Shown: positions 1 to 13,295 of the stretch, piece by piece | How the letters are laid out: the number at the start of each line of letters is the position of its first letter | Position numbering within the stretch: position 1 is the first letter of the stretch | Assembly (NCBI GenBank): GCA_964016885.1 | Contig: OZ024742.1 | Span: forward strand, 294,562,001-294,626,000 | DNA length: 64,000 nt | Source of the DNA: Eledone cirrhosa | Taxonomy: Eukaryota | Direction of reading: 5' to 3' | Position numbers and translations under genes: made by a program | Notes under the pieces: generated by a model | Database searches by the model: none | Seen by the model: only the letters and a program-made list of their open reading frames with translations | Told to the model about the DNA's origin: nothing

Positions 1-204
1 GAGGGGATGCTGGAAAGTTCCTGGCTTTGGGTAAAAGAAAATATAGGAAGATCAGTTTATTATGATTTCATTCAACATCAAATTCACACACTTATTGCAG
101 CTTCTTCAGTTTTTCTAAGCCCTGTAAAAAGAACTCAGAAGGTTGGGCCTCCAATCAGGCCTCTGTTGTCTTTTAAAGCCAGCAAATTTTCAGCACTCCT
201 CGTA
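1..204. mobile_element. Tc1/mariner-type MITE (left end clipped by the window)
   Basis: Left GAGGGGATGCTGGAAAGTTCCTGGCTTT is an imperfect inverted repeat of right AAAGCCAGCAAATTTTCAGCACTCCTC, which is followed by TA. No coding capacity. Confidence 0.7.
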
Positions 205-732
205 TGTGATGTTTTGCAAAGGACATGAGATGACAATGTTTCTAGATAAAACTATCCATGGTTTTATGACATGAAACTATATATTTTAAGGTGACTATAT
301 TTATCTAAAAAACAGCCATTATATTTTTTCTAAGAAAATCCCGCCGAGGTTAACTTTGCCTTTCATCCTTACGGAGTCGATAAAATAAAGTACCAGTAAT
401 GCACTGGGTAATTGCTGGCCTTGTGCCAAAAGTAGAAACAATTATATTTTTTCTAAGAACCTTTGTTAAATAATGTTCCAAGCACCAGTTTAAAAAGAAT
501 AAAATTAGTTATATTACTAAATTCCTCCAAATTCTTGATTATTTTCAAAATTATTTAAAAATATTATAAAAAAATATTTAAAAATTCATTAGAAATATGA
601 TAACAAAAGGTTTTTTTTTTTCTAGTCACATTTCAGTGCTATTCTCTGATTGACAATCCAACCAGCTTTTCGTCTGATAAATCCATCCTAACCACGTAAA
701 AGGTCACAGAAAGAAGAAAATAATTATTCATG

Positions 733-932
733 AGTAGAGCGTCAGACACCATGCTTTGAAGCATAGAGATAGCTCTCTTTACATTCTGAGTTCAAATCCT
801 GCTGAGGTTAACTTTGTCTTTCATCCTTATGGGGTCGATAAAATAAAGCACCAGTAATGCACTGGAGTCGATTTAATCGACTTTACCCTCCCTCAAAAAC
901 TGTTGGCCTTCTGCCTAAACAGAAACCATTAT
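733..932 (+). mobile_element. tRNA-derived SINE, family A (central motif TTTCATCCTTACGGGGTCGATAAAATAAAGTACCAG)
   Basis: B-box-like GAGTTCAAATCC, conserved core and (ATT)-rich tail. Partial copies at about 335-445, 1185-1335 and 1346-1465. Confidence 0.8.
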
Positions 933-1046
933 TCAAATTTCTTTTCTCCCCTGCCCCAAATAAAACTATAAACCTGGTGTTTGCCTGACTATTAGTCTGT
1001 TGAAGAAATCAATATTTCCTCTCCTGATTCTGTGTATTTATTTCAG

Positions 1047-1140
1047 AAAGACAATATGCAATCTTGGCTTCAAGAACAACTTGATTTTAGCTTGAAACCA
1101 TGTCGCTTTAAGTTACCTGTTGACAGTCGGGAACTGGAAG
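1047..1140 (+). CDS. Gene A internal exon (phase 0->1), KDNMQSWLQEQLDFSLKPCRFKLPVDSRELE
   Basis: Acceptor tatttatttcag, donor GAAG|gtaacc. Frame is open and joins the next exon in phase. Confidence 0.8.
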
Positions 1141-1544
1141 GTAACCACCAACAATCTTTCATTATCTTAAATTATGGCCATGCTTTGATGCATAGAGTTA
1201 CGGCCCTTGCCATCCTGAGTTCAAATCCCACCGAGGTTAACTTTGCCTTTCATCCTTACGGGGTCGATAAAATAAAGTACCAGTAATACACTGGGTAATT
1301 GCTGGCCTTGTGCCAAAAATTAGAAACAATTATCTTAAATTATGGTCTGAGTTCAAATCCCGCCAGGGTTAACTTTGCCTTTCATCCTTACGGGGTCGAT
1401 AAAATAAAGTACCAGTAATGCACTGGGATAATTGCTGGCCTTGTGCCAAAAGTAGAAATAATTATCTTAAATTATCATTTATTATACATTAACTTATATA
1501 GTAATTAAAAATGTCTGATTATTTTTCTCCAATCCTTTCCACAG

Positions 1545-1663
1545 AAACCAGCCCTGAAGAATATTTAAGAACACATTGCATTGTCACATCACAGTTCCAT
1601 AGTCTCTATAAGAATGTCTTCAGGAAATATCAGTCTCCAAACATGTTTCAGATTGAATATAAG
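1545..1663 (+). CDS. Gene A exon (phase 1->0), ETSPEEYLRTHCIVTSQFHSLYKNVFRKYQSPNMFQIEYK
   Basis: Acceptor tttctccaatcctttccacag, donor AAG|gtgact. Phases match both neighbouring exons. Confidence 0.85.
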
Positions 1664-2385
1664 GTGACTAACCTATATATCTATGTGTGTGTGGTGATGG
1701 TGGTGGTGGTGGGTGGTTGTACTGATGTGTGGAAATGAGTGGGAGGAGTGGTGAATGATGATGTTGGGAATTGAGTTTGTATGTATGGGAGTGGATGTGA
1801 TGGTGGTGGTGGAGATGATGATGTTGGTGGTGGATGGATATGTGTGAGGAGGCAGGGTAGGGATGATGATGTTGAAAGTTGGGCTTGTGTGTGTGTGTGT
1901 AGACGGAAGTATGTTGCCTAGTGGTTAGGATCTTGGCCTTATAAGGTTGTGGTTTTCATTCTGGACTAGCTGGTATGTTTTAACCTTGAGTAAGACACTC
2001 CATTTCAAATAGCTCTACTTCACTTAATGAATATCAACAGCAGCTTGAAGTTAAACTTATGATAGGCTGGCATCCTGTCTCATGTCTCAGAGGAGAGTCT
2101 AGTACTCAGTACACTCTGTAAAATGGTTGGCATTAGGAAGGACATCCTGTTGTAGAAACCTTGGGAAAAATAAAAAGCAGAAATGAAACACAGTCCTCTG
2201 AACCATCTAGTGTTCGCTTGTAACAACCTATTCAACCTATGTCAGCATGGTAAGCGGATGTAAAATGATGATGGTAGTGGTGTCTCTTTGATTTAATTAA
2301 AAAAATATGCTAACTATCCTTGACCTTTCTAAATAGAAAAAAATTAATTAAAAACAAATTAATTGCATTTATTATATAATTGTAG

Positions 2386-2552
2386 TATCTTGAAATTGCT
2401 TTAAGAGATGTTGCTGTGAATAGTTTCACCCCTGAGAAACTCCAGTTACTTGGTACCCTCATTAACCTTAACGAGACTTCTGCTGTTGATTACAAATTAT
2501 TTGCTGGTATGGCTGCATTAGCAGAACGACTATCAGATGCAAACATTGAAAG
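2386..2552 (+). CDS. Gene A exon (phase 0->2), YLEIALRDVAVNSFTPEKLQLLGTLINLNETSAVDYKLFAGMAALAERLSDANIE; EF-hand-like helix-loop-helix
   Basis: Acceptor ttgtag, donor AAG|gtttct. Phase-consistent. INLNETSAVDYKLF resembles a degenerate EF-hand loop. Confidence 0.8.
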
Positions 2553-3431
2553 GTTTCTATCATTTTTATTCTTGTATTCAATAATGAAACAAATTATTAT
2601 TCCTTTTCTCCCCTCTTTGTTACCTCTTTATTCCAGTTTACTCTGTCTCTTCCATCATGCTTTGTTATTGTTGTTTTATAAAATTACTCAGTAGTTTCAT
2701 GTCATATGCATTTGGCCACTTCCCATAAGTGTCCAGGACACACTTCACCTGTATATGTGTGGGCTCAAAACGGTCAAACTTTCTCTCAACATTAGATTTT
2801 TGTTGCAGAAGTGGGTGGCCATTTTTGCAACACCCAACAACAAGGCTATATTTTTTACCCTATTGCACCTCTGCATTCATATAATCTGTTTGTCTCTTTC
2901 TAAAAGGGTGTGCGATGCATCTTTATAAGAACAACTACCACTAAATATATTTACATTCAAAAGGAAATATTTTTCCCTCTGTGAACTCTGTAAATATTTT
3001 AACATGGTTTTGTTGTATACCATAGCTATAAACAAATATGTAATTAGCAGTTTTGTTTCCTTGCTGGTCCTGATTCACTCAAATCACTTTCCCAACATCA
3101 GTTATCTTATCAAGACTGTGCAATGGAAAAAGTAGGCTTAGTGACCAGAGCAAGAAGTTTAAAAACACAGGTTCTTCAGCTTACTAAACTATGAGATAAA
3201 ATGGGACACATAACTGAGAGAAGACAGCACATGTAGAGCTCAACAAACGTTAAGGGATATTTGGTTGCTTTTTCTAACAGGTTAAGCGACTACAGAGGCT
3301 ATATGGCTTATTATTGTAACTGGACATAAAGAGAAAGAAAAGAATAAGAATAAGAAGGGAAATTGTTAAGTGTCAAATGAAAAATAAAATCAGTTAAATG
3401 ATATGTGAAACTATATTAACAATTGTTTTAC

Positions 3432-3546
3432 TTTCTTCTTCTTCTTCTTCTTCTTCTTCTTCTTCTTCTTCTTCTTCTTCTTCTTCTTCTTTTTCTTCTT
3501 CTTCTTCTTCTTCTTCTTCTTCTTCTTCTTCTTCTTCTTCTTCTTC
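3432..3546. repeat. (TTC)n microsatellite
   Basis: Direct reading of the sequence. Confidence 0.95.
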
Positions 3547-3680
3547 CAATGGGTTCTGTCAGAAGCATCCATCTCTAACTAATCCGTCTTGATCCCCAAA
3601 CATGACCAACTAAGCTCATGGATGTTATCCAACCATTTTGCTCGGGTTCTATCACTTAAATTTCAATTTTTTATTTTCAG

Positions 3681-3825
3681 CATAAAGAATACTGAATCCT
3701 CCCAAGAAGGAAATATGAAAAGAGCAGAAATTGAAATGGCAGATTTTTCAGCTTTAGAATGGAAATTTAAAGACATTGATATAAACAGAAACATGAAGCA
3801 ACTCTTGTCAATTATTGCTTTTTGA
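3681..3825 (+). CDS. Gene A terminal coding exon, (S)IKNTESSQEGNMKRAEIEMADFSALEWKFKDIDINRNMKQLLSIIAF*; uncharacterised protein
   Basis: Acceptor ttttttattttcag. Phase 2 completes an AGC codon with the previous exon. TGA at 3823-3825. AATAAA downstream at about 3893 and 4218. Confidence 0.85.
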
Positions 3826-5519
3826 AAACAACTGTAAACAGAGTAAACATAATTTTATTGAAACACTGTAATAGGATGAAAACTTCCAAGTCAATAAATA
3901 TTAACTGTTTATCAAATAAACCAATGTGGATTGACAGAATAGTCAGAAAGTCAGGTCACATGTCTTTTACTGTAATTAGACACATCCTTTTATGTTTTGA
4001 GGTCAAATTCCATGGAGTTTAATGTTGCCTTTTATAATTCATAAAATAATTACCAATCAAGTATTTTGAAATTGATTTAATCAGCTGTTCTCTCCCTACC
4101 AATGATAGAAATCAATATTATGAATTATGGTGTTCCTGGATATCTCCAAATGGAAAATGTCACCAAAGGAAGTAAACTGAAATAATTGCAATAGAAGATA
4201 CTATCATGATTAAAAATTAATAAAAGAGCTCTGCAAACATCCTTGGTGATGATGAGAGATTTAAGTCATCGAAATATGTATATGATGTGTGGCCAATTGT
4301 CACACTTGATGGTCATTTTCGTTTTTGTTTTTGCTTCCCCCTTTTTTCCTTTTTTTCTCTTTTATGCGTTTATATTTGTATTTATCCACAACATTATATT
4401 TACAATGTTATTCTGAAAGAATTGTGAGCAATTTGTAATGTTACATTAGTAATGTTATTTATACAACTGTGAATAAAAACACATATATATAATATCCTTC
4501 GCCACCAAAAAAGGAAAAAAAATGTATATATGTATTTAAATATTGTAAATAGACATTGTTAGGGTGAAGTTAATTGTTTAGAAAATTACGATTTGGTTGA
4601 CAACTCCAACATTTAGATATTTAATAGTATAATGTATTCTACAAACAGTCTATTTCAAAGAATCCAGTTTATTTAAATTTCAAGTTCTCAGGGCAGTGCA
4701 TTGGTTGAATGGACCCATCAATGTACAAAACACCATACAGTATTTAGTGATGCTCTAAATTGTTTAATTTGAAAAAAAAAAGAAGATAAATCGGAAATTA
4801 ACAATAATAGAGAATAAATAAAATGTGTAATTATATGTAATTTTTGATAATGTATCAATACTGAGGATGCCTGGTTGTTTCAGTGTCTTAGCCTCACCAT
4901 CACCCATGGTAATGCTGCAAGTGTGTTGGCTTACCTCAGAATATCCCATTGACCCTTGTGATGTGCAGCCAATTGTCACATGGTCATTTTTGTCTTTGTT
5001 TCTTTTTTTTCTTTCTCTAACTCTGATCGTATATTTTGGTGCATTATGTCTGTGAGGTTCCTAGCAATAGTTAATTGTATTTATTATATGTGTATATATA
5101 TTTGTGTTTATATTTTCATTCTGAAAGAATTGTGAACAAAAAAATAAAATAAAATATTTTCGTCTATTACATGTATTTTTTAATTAAACTATGTGTGTGT
5201 GTGTGTTATTATAAGTCCATACGAAGCTAAGAAGAAATGTGTGTGTATATGTGAGTAAATGAGTGTGTGTGCATGTAAGTGAGCAAAAGTATGTTAATAT
5301 AAGGGTGTGTATCGGCATGTATTAGTTGTAAGAGAAGCTGCTAATGATCAAGAGAAAGCGATAGGAATCTAGGGGAGTGATAATGGACATGTTATTAGAG
5401 AAACGCCAGCACCAACAGTTTTGCAAGAGATGTCAACATGAATGGACCTGTTATTTTGATCTAAAGACATTTTTTCCAATTCCATCCCGCCCGTCCCCTC
5501 AACCTATTTTATTTTTCAT

Positions 5520-5640
5520 TCTTTCTTCTGATGAAGGACTAGCGTCTGAAACGTTAAAACTCTCTTATTGCTGCTATATCAAGCGTTAACCTAATATATA
5601 CCTTCCATATACTGTACCGATTGTGTTGTTATTTCTGTTT
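5520..5640 (+). mobile_element. Penelope-like pLTR remnant with a minimal hammerhead motif
   Basis: CTGATGA(5528)-AGGAC TAGC GTCT-GAAA-CGTTA. A related copy lies at 62681-62790. Confidence 0.55.
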
Positions 5641-5752
5641 ACCTTTTACAATCATATATATATATATATATATATATTTCGAACCTGGATACCTATTTAC
5701 CATCCTGGAATATTTGGATCTTAAATATATATATATATAATATAAATAGCTA

Positions 5753-5836
5753 AGATTGCTTTTGAAAACAGCTGGTGATATGCATAGATCAATACAATGT
5801 ATTATCACCATCTAGAAACGATCGTAAAGCATATCT
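5753..5836 (+). ncRNA. Degenerate type I hammerhead ribozyme (Penelope-like remnant)
   Basis: Stem I TGCTT/AAGCA, core decayed to TTGAAAA, long stem II TGGTGATA...TATCACCA, GAAA, palindromic ACGATCGT and a GTA cleavage triplet. Confidence 0.5.
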
Positions 5837-6002
5837 CTAATGACTTGATTTTTTATTTCATTATTTTAACTTATATCATGACTCTGTTTTCCTTTTAATG
5901 TTTTATTGTTTTCTGAGATTTATCTTAACCTACAACATTTTCAACATATGGATTACATTGAGTTCTTCATACAGAATAGACCCCACAACTTACAGTGGAT
6001 AC

Positions 6003-6049
<47 letters not shown>

Positions 6050-6056
6050 TATATAT

Positions 6057-6612
<556 letters not shown>

Positions 6613-7091
6613 CTCTGTCATTACCCTCTATATGTATTGAGTACTTTATTTCTGTTCAAACTGGCTGTAACTGGCCACTCATACTGACGTTAAGGCATTG
6701 TTCTCAAAATAAATATTAAAATCTCATTGATTCGATATACTGCAAAAATACAATAGTATATATAGAGTAATGTAAATGTTAAAGGGTTAATATATTTTTC
6801 ATTTTTTTTTGTTTTTGTTTTTACTTAGCTCAGCAATCTGCAGGGCATTACCCAAATGACAATATGTTCATTCTACCACTGATAATACTGGTATATAAAG
6901 GAGAACACAATATTTGATAAAGATTTTTTATTTAAAAAATTAAGACATATTTCAGGTAATAATTCCAATAATTATAAGATTACATTGCAAGGGTGTTTTG
7001 CTGGATCAAACTACTGCAGTAAGCAATTTTTCTTCTTTGATTCCTCACTAGGAGATTTATCTTCTCCCTCCACTCTGTTAGTATTCTACAG

Positions 7092-7297
7092 AAAGAAAGA
7101 AAGGCCATTATAAGACTCCTGTGGTATTCAGTGAACATTTTAAACCCTTATTTCCAGCAATTTATCGGTCTCTAGAATACCTCATCAAAAGTGAGAGAAC
7201 GTCTGGGAAAATATATTTAAAATATGTTAAATTATTACAAAAAGAGACAAAAATGTCGGTTAGTTTAAGAGGAAACAAGGAGATTGACAGACACCAG
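7092..7297 (+). CDS. Possible isolated exon (RKKGHYKTPVVFSEHFKPLFPAIYRS...EIDRHQ), unknown product
   Basis: Acceptor ttctacag, good donor CAG|gtatgt, one open frame. No recognisable homology. Confidence 0.25.
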
Positions 7298-9118
7298 GTA
7301 TGTTTGTTGCTAAATTGATATTTTATTTTAAATAGAAAGAAAATATTTGAAATCGTTTGGGCTATTTTCTTCCTTTTTCATTTTTCTTGTCAACTGTGAA
7401 GGTCATTATAGGTTTCTGCTACATTTTGACATTTTGGAGTTTTATTGTCGATCATCATCACCATCATTGTTTTTACATCTGCTTTTCCATGTTGGAATGG
7501 GTCGGATAAGGCATAATAATTATGATGTAAGATTCTGAAGATTTTAAAAGGAATAGTTTTATTTAATAGAACCAGAGGTAGTTTGGTATCAAAAGAGTTA
7601 AATAATCCTGTTTGAATATATTTCTAGCAATTTAGATCTTCCAGAGAAAGGTAATCTGGACTTTTTATATATATCTACTTTAGATATTAATGATTTGAAA
7701 TTAAATTGAAGTGGTTAAATTAAGTAGAACTGCTGCTGTTGCCTTAGGATCATACATAGATTATCTTGGCATAATCACATCACAAATTAGGAGGTCCCAG
7801 CTGAGTAACCTACAGGATACCATCACTGTAAGATGGTGGAAGATGATTTTTTATTTGCTATACATGTCCACAAAGAGATTAGTGAAATCCCCACCTGATT
7901 TGAAGCCAGAAGTGTGTGAAGAGACATAGAAGACAAGGTAGGCCTATTATGACTTAGTTGATGTCTAAGGAGGAAGACTTGGCAGAAATGAGCTCGGCCT
8001 GGGTTCAGGGCTGTGACAGCGCTTGCGAGTGTACAGAATGGAGATCTCTCATCTCTCAATGCTCCACAGATAGCAAAAGAAACTAAAGAAGAATGAATAT
8101 ATTCTTTTACTTTTATATTATTTTTCTTGTTTCAATCAATAGACTGCAGCCATGCAGCAGCATTACCTTGATTTAGTTGATATTATCGATCCCAGTACTT
8201 ATTTTTAAAGTGTGGTACACACACACACACATACACATAATAGTCTTCTGCAGTCAGCTAAATTTCTCACACAAGGTCAAACCGAGGCTATAGTAGAAGA
8301 CACTTGCTCAAGATGTTGCACCGCAGGATTGAACAAAGAACCACATGGTTGTGAAGCAATGCCTACAACTGGATGTATATGTATAAAATCTTTAGCAACA
8401 CAATAAATTGAACCTAGATTGCTTGTGTATATTACTTTAACTCTTTAACAACTAAATTTCTTAATAATCTAGGAGCTACTCAGCAACACCATTGGGACAT
8501 TTTTACAATCCTTGCAAGATTCAAATTTTTTAAAATCTAATCTTATATGTAAACCAGTTTTTATTTTCGATTTATATGGCATTCTTATACATCTTTCCCA
8601 TTCTGAGATAAATCTACCTACAAAGGTACAACTTGCCAATTCTGAATTTGTATATATTTTTTCATATTAAAAACAATCTGAAGTTGAGAAGAAAATTTGA
8701 AGTAGGCCTAATAAGTTTATTAAAATACTAATATGTTTTCTATCTTCTGGACTTAATAATCTATATTTAACAGTCTAATTCAAATGAGAATAACTCTTTC
8801 AAGAAATAAACAATAAAAGTAGAAATGAGTGAAAACATGATTCAACACTCATCAGTCAGTAGACTGTATTTTAACATTTCCGCTTTTACCAGTTGCTATA
8901 TTATGGTAGTGATGTGAATTGAAATTACTGGACAAAACAGAGTAAGAGAAAATATACTTTTAAAATGTTATGTGATGTGAGTAGTGTTAGAGGTGGTGGG
9001 AGGAGAGTAGGGGATAATGTGTGCTGTGTAGTGTGGGAGGTGGGTGAGGCAGAAGATAAGAAGGATGGATGGTCAAGGTGTATATATGTGTATGTATATG
9101 TAAATGTGCATGTATATA

Positions 9119-9150
<32 letters not shown>

Positions 9151-9978
9151 ATAATAAGTTGACAGGACTAGCATCGGTTTCACTGCTAGTACTGGTTGTA
9201 TCTCAGCATACTCAATAGGTAATGTTATGTAAAATTCAAGAGTAGACACATAGTTATTGCAATACACGTAAATGGGTACCTTCAATCTACACCCGTACTT
9301 GAGTTTTGGCCACACTTAATGCATCAATAGAGTGCACAGCATCCACTACCTGCATTTATTATGCAACAATGCACAATTAGCGCATGTGTCTTCATCAGCG
9401 GGTTTTGCCTAATCAATAACCAATCGATCGACAGAATTCAATTCCAGTCAGTGTCGGCTATGACAGTGAATGCAAAGGCCAGCACAGTAAAACATCAGCA
9501 ACTGAAATCCCTATGCATCATCACAATGCTGTCAACCGACTGGTTACTGGTTCAGAAATTTACGTGATGGTAGGAGCTGAAATTGAAATAGTTCCGCTTC
9601 CACCATTAGCACTGAACCAACGTATCTCAAACACAAATTAACAAGTGAGTGGAAAATCGGTTATTAGAGAAAATCAGTCTCCAATCGCTGTACAATAAAA
9701 TGGTAGCATTCGGCTCCAGTTTCCAAGCACCATGGTGAGAAATATTTAGTTACAATAGTGACATATACAGGTACTTAAGTTTCATTGGGTTGTTTATCCA
9801 AAATCATTCAGCCTGTAAAAAAAATAAAAATGGCATCCCACCCTGGAGATTTTATAAAAGAGAGGAGAGTTCTAAGGGTAGGTAATTCCCAAATTATCTA
9901 TAAATAGACAAATACCTTAAATAAAAAGATGCACATCCATTTTGTTGTGTATCTCAACAACTTTATAATTTTTGTATG

Positions 9979-10012
<34 letters not shown>

Positions 10013-10414
10013 ACTGAAGCAAAGGTTACATACAAAAATTATAAAGTTAATATGCTGAGAGACCACACAACAAAATAGATGTGCATCTCTCATTTAACCA
10101 TATAAACAGCTTTATAATTTTTTACATGTAACCTCTGTTATGAGTATGTAACAACAATAATGATGATGATGATATATATAGTGCAGATAATAAGGATGTT
10201 TATCTGTGGAGGTTACATTGTAATACCATGAGGATAAACCAGTTTAAGCAATCCAAAAGCACTTCATGTCAGTGCGAAATGTTGGTGATTTGGTGTGATG
10301 GAGTTTTCATTTATGAAAGGTTAAGACAGGATTACTTTTACATAATTGTTTCATTGCATAAAAATTATGTAAAAATAACTCTGTCTTAATATTTTGTATA
10401 TGTATATATATATA

Positions 10415-10900
10415 TGTAGTGAGATCTGTCCACGCCTTGAACCTTGGGTGACACCTAAAGGTCAAACTCTAGGTCGCCGCCCTTTTAGTGTGAACAGGTT
10501 CATGCATGGGTTATTCCCTCGAGGTGGGAGACAGAAAGCGACAGGTATATAAAGCTTGTATCATCCCACGTTTAAAAAGAGCGATCGGAGCAGTATGCTA
10601 TTAAAAGCTATGTGAAAGATTCACTGCTATCTACAGGCCACAGTGATCTACAGTCAACTACAGACCATTCAGAGTTCTACAGAACTCACTCTCTCTCCTC
10701 GTCGCAGACTACACCAGCCTCATGAACCAACAACAAAATAACATTGTCAACCTTCGCAGCTCATGGTAACTTGTTTATTGTTCTTTTTGACTGAAGTGAA
10801 GTAAACCTTTATATATAAAGTAAATATGCTATTCTTGTTATTTCAACCAACAACCATGTTATAATCATTCTAACAACTACTAATTACCCTTTGTTAAATA
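10415..10900 (+). mobile_element. Probable solo LTR inserted in (TA)n
   Basis: About 490-bp CpG-containing block starting TGTAGT, with an internal TATATAAAG and sharp borders into TA repeats. Terminal CA not intact; TSD obscured. Confidence 0.45.
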
Positions 10901-10902
10901 TA

Positions 10903-10943
<41 letters not shown>

Positions 10944-11000
10944 TCAGCAGCATCATTTAACGTCTATCTTCCACGCTAGCATGTATGTATATATATATAT

Positions 11001-11346
11001 AGGCAGAGGCACATGGCTTAGTGGTTAGAGCATTGGCCTTGCAATCGAAAGGTTGTGAGTTCAATTCTCAGACCGGGTGATGTGTTGTTTCCTTGAGCAA
11101 GACACTTTATTTCACATTGCTCCAGTTTACTCAGCTGTAGAAATGAGATGGTAGGGACTGGGGTCCATATCATTCCACTGCAAAGTGGTCGTGGAGGTGC
11201 TATGGCAAAAAAGCACCCAGCACTCACTGTAAATGAGGTTGGTGTTAGGAAGGGCATCCCGCTGTAGAAATCAAGCCAGAATCAGTTCCCGTCCCACCCT
11301 TGCAAGCAGGGAAAAAGTGGACGTAAAATGAAATGAAATGAAATGA
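11001..11346 (+). mobile_element. SINE family B, full-length
   Basis: Same structure as 6057-6398 in the opposite orientation. Confidence 0.85.
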
Positions 11347-11956
11347 ATATATATATATATATATATATATATTGTATATGTATATGTGCTTGTGTATGGA
11401 TGTAACTTCAGTTTTTGTAAATAGTGTACCTGTTCACTGTTCAATTTTATTTATATTCACTTCTTTGCACTCTCTACTTCTACACCTCTTGACATTTATT
11501 CCTCTGTTCTCTGTAAAATTTTGTTCTACCAATTCTAACCATTTTATTTCTCCACAGACTACCAATTCATTATTCTCATCATCATCATTTTACGTTTGTC
11601 ATCCATGTTAGCATGGTTTGTAAATATAATCTGAGACTAGATGAGTTGGAGAACCTTCATCTTTCTCATACATTGCATTGCCCTTCTTAACACCAATCCC
11701 ATTGCAGAGTGTACTGGGTGCATTTCATTGCATTTCCAGTACTAGAGAGGTTGTTTTATGGTCTAACAAACTGAACAGTCCTCTCCACTCAATTGCCAGC
11801 CATTTTACAGAGTGTACTTGGCGAATTTTATTGAGGCACCACTTCTACAACTTTACAGAGTGTACTGAATGTAGTTTATTGTGGTACCAATACTAGAGAG
11901 GTTGTCATGCTTACCCAGACCGAATAGTTCTCTATATCCTATATTCTTTAAATATA

Positions 11957-12022
11957 CAGAGTGTCCCTGCAAAATGTATACATACAGACTTCAACAGCAA
12001 CAAATATTGCCTGGACACCCTG
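11957..12022. mobile_element. Tiny Tc1/mariner-type MITE
   Basis: TA|CAGAGTGTCC ... GGACACCCTG|TA: terminal inverted repeats with TA flanks. Confidence 0.55.
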
Positions 12023-13295
12023 TATTTTTAGCCTATGACCTTTCATTAATTTAGTGTTCTGACCACTTCTGCATCTCAATCCCAACCATGTTTATATGTG
12101 CTGCCATATTATCATGTATGTTATTTTATTTCTCCTTGCTTCTAGGCCTAACCTCCTCTCTTATTTCTATTACACACATTTGTCTCACATTTTCAACAGA
12201 TTTCTATCTGTCATGATTTTAACCCCCCCCCCCCCCACCCCCACCCCCTCATATTTTACATCTTTCCACATCTACACCACTCACACCACCTTTTACTCTT
12301 CTATATCATTTTTTTCAATTACTTATCCACAGTTTAGTAGCTTAAGACCTAACCCTTCTTTCTGAAAGAGAGAGTTAGATCATAATGTCATACTAGGTTT
12401 GCCCTGATCAAGTGGGCCTTTGATCTGAGCTGTAGACTTAATACATTGCCAATTTTAACACCACTGTTTAGCTCTTGGGTGCTTAGTTCACTCCACAGCA
12501 AACATTCAGACTTGGTTTCTGGATTCAGGATAACTTCCTCCCACTAGTCCCATGAGAGCTACCTTTCCTCATCTGGCTAAGCCATCACAAAAAGGCACTC
12601 ATATCTTGACCATTCTCTCTTTTGTTAGGTATTATATATCAAGGATTTTATTATGCATCATGCCCTTCATTTGTTTAAGATGGTAAGGGGTAATCTGATG
12701 GAGATGTGGCTGCTATTTCTAGCAAGTGGAGCTCCTTTATTTGTTCAATTGTCATACTTTAAAAACCTAAAGGTAGAGTTACCAAACTATATTAGTTTTT
12801 GTTTTAAATAGAATTACAGATAAGATATTCCATTCATGTTTGCTGAATATTTGGGAAGTTAACTTCTGCTACTTATACATAAACTATAAAGTAACTGCAT
12901 TTAAGATTATAAGGATAAGGATGGGCTTGATGGCGATGATGATGATAATGATGATGACAATTATACTGCTGCTGCTGATAATGATGATGGTAAAAATAGT
13001 GAAGATGTTGACAATGATACTGATATTGACAATGATACTGAATCATACAATATTCCATACTACAAAGCTGCATATCCTTCCAGAATGTCTTATATTATTC
13101 AATATCACATAAGGGCTGTGGATTGGCAGAATCGTGGCATATAGTTATGCGCATTTACGTTCTGAATCAATAAAATAAAGTACCAGTACTGCACTGGAGT
13201 CGATTTAATTGACTTTACCTTCCCACCAAAATTGTTGGCCGTGTGCCTAAATCAGAAATCATTATTAAATATCACATAAAAGCAATAGCTTGCTA

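Noticed and set aside
6829-6955. Exon with good acceptor and donor
   Set aside because: Stops in all three frames. It could be non-coding, but there is no supporting evidence.
11001-11075. tRNA gene
   Set aside because: A/B boxes are present but continue into a SINE body and tail; no complete cloverleaf.
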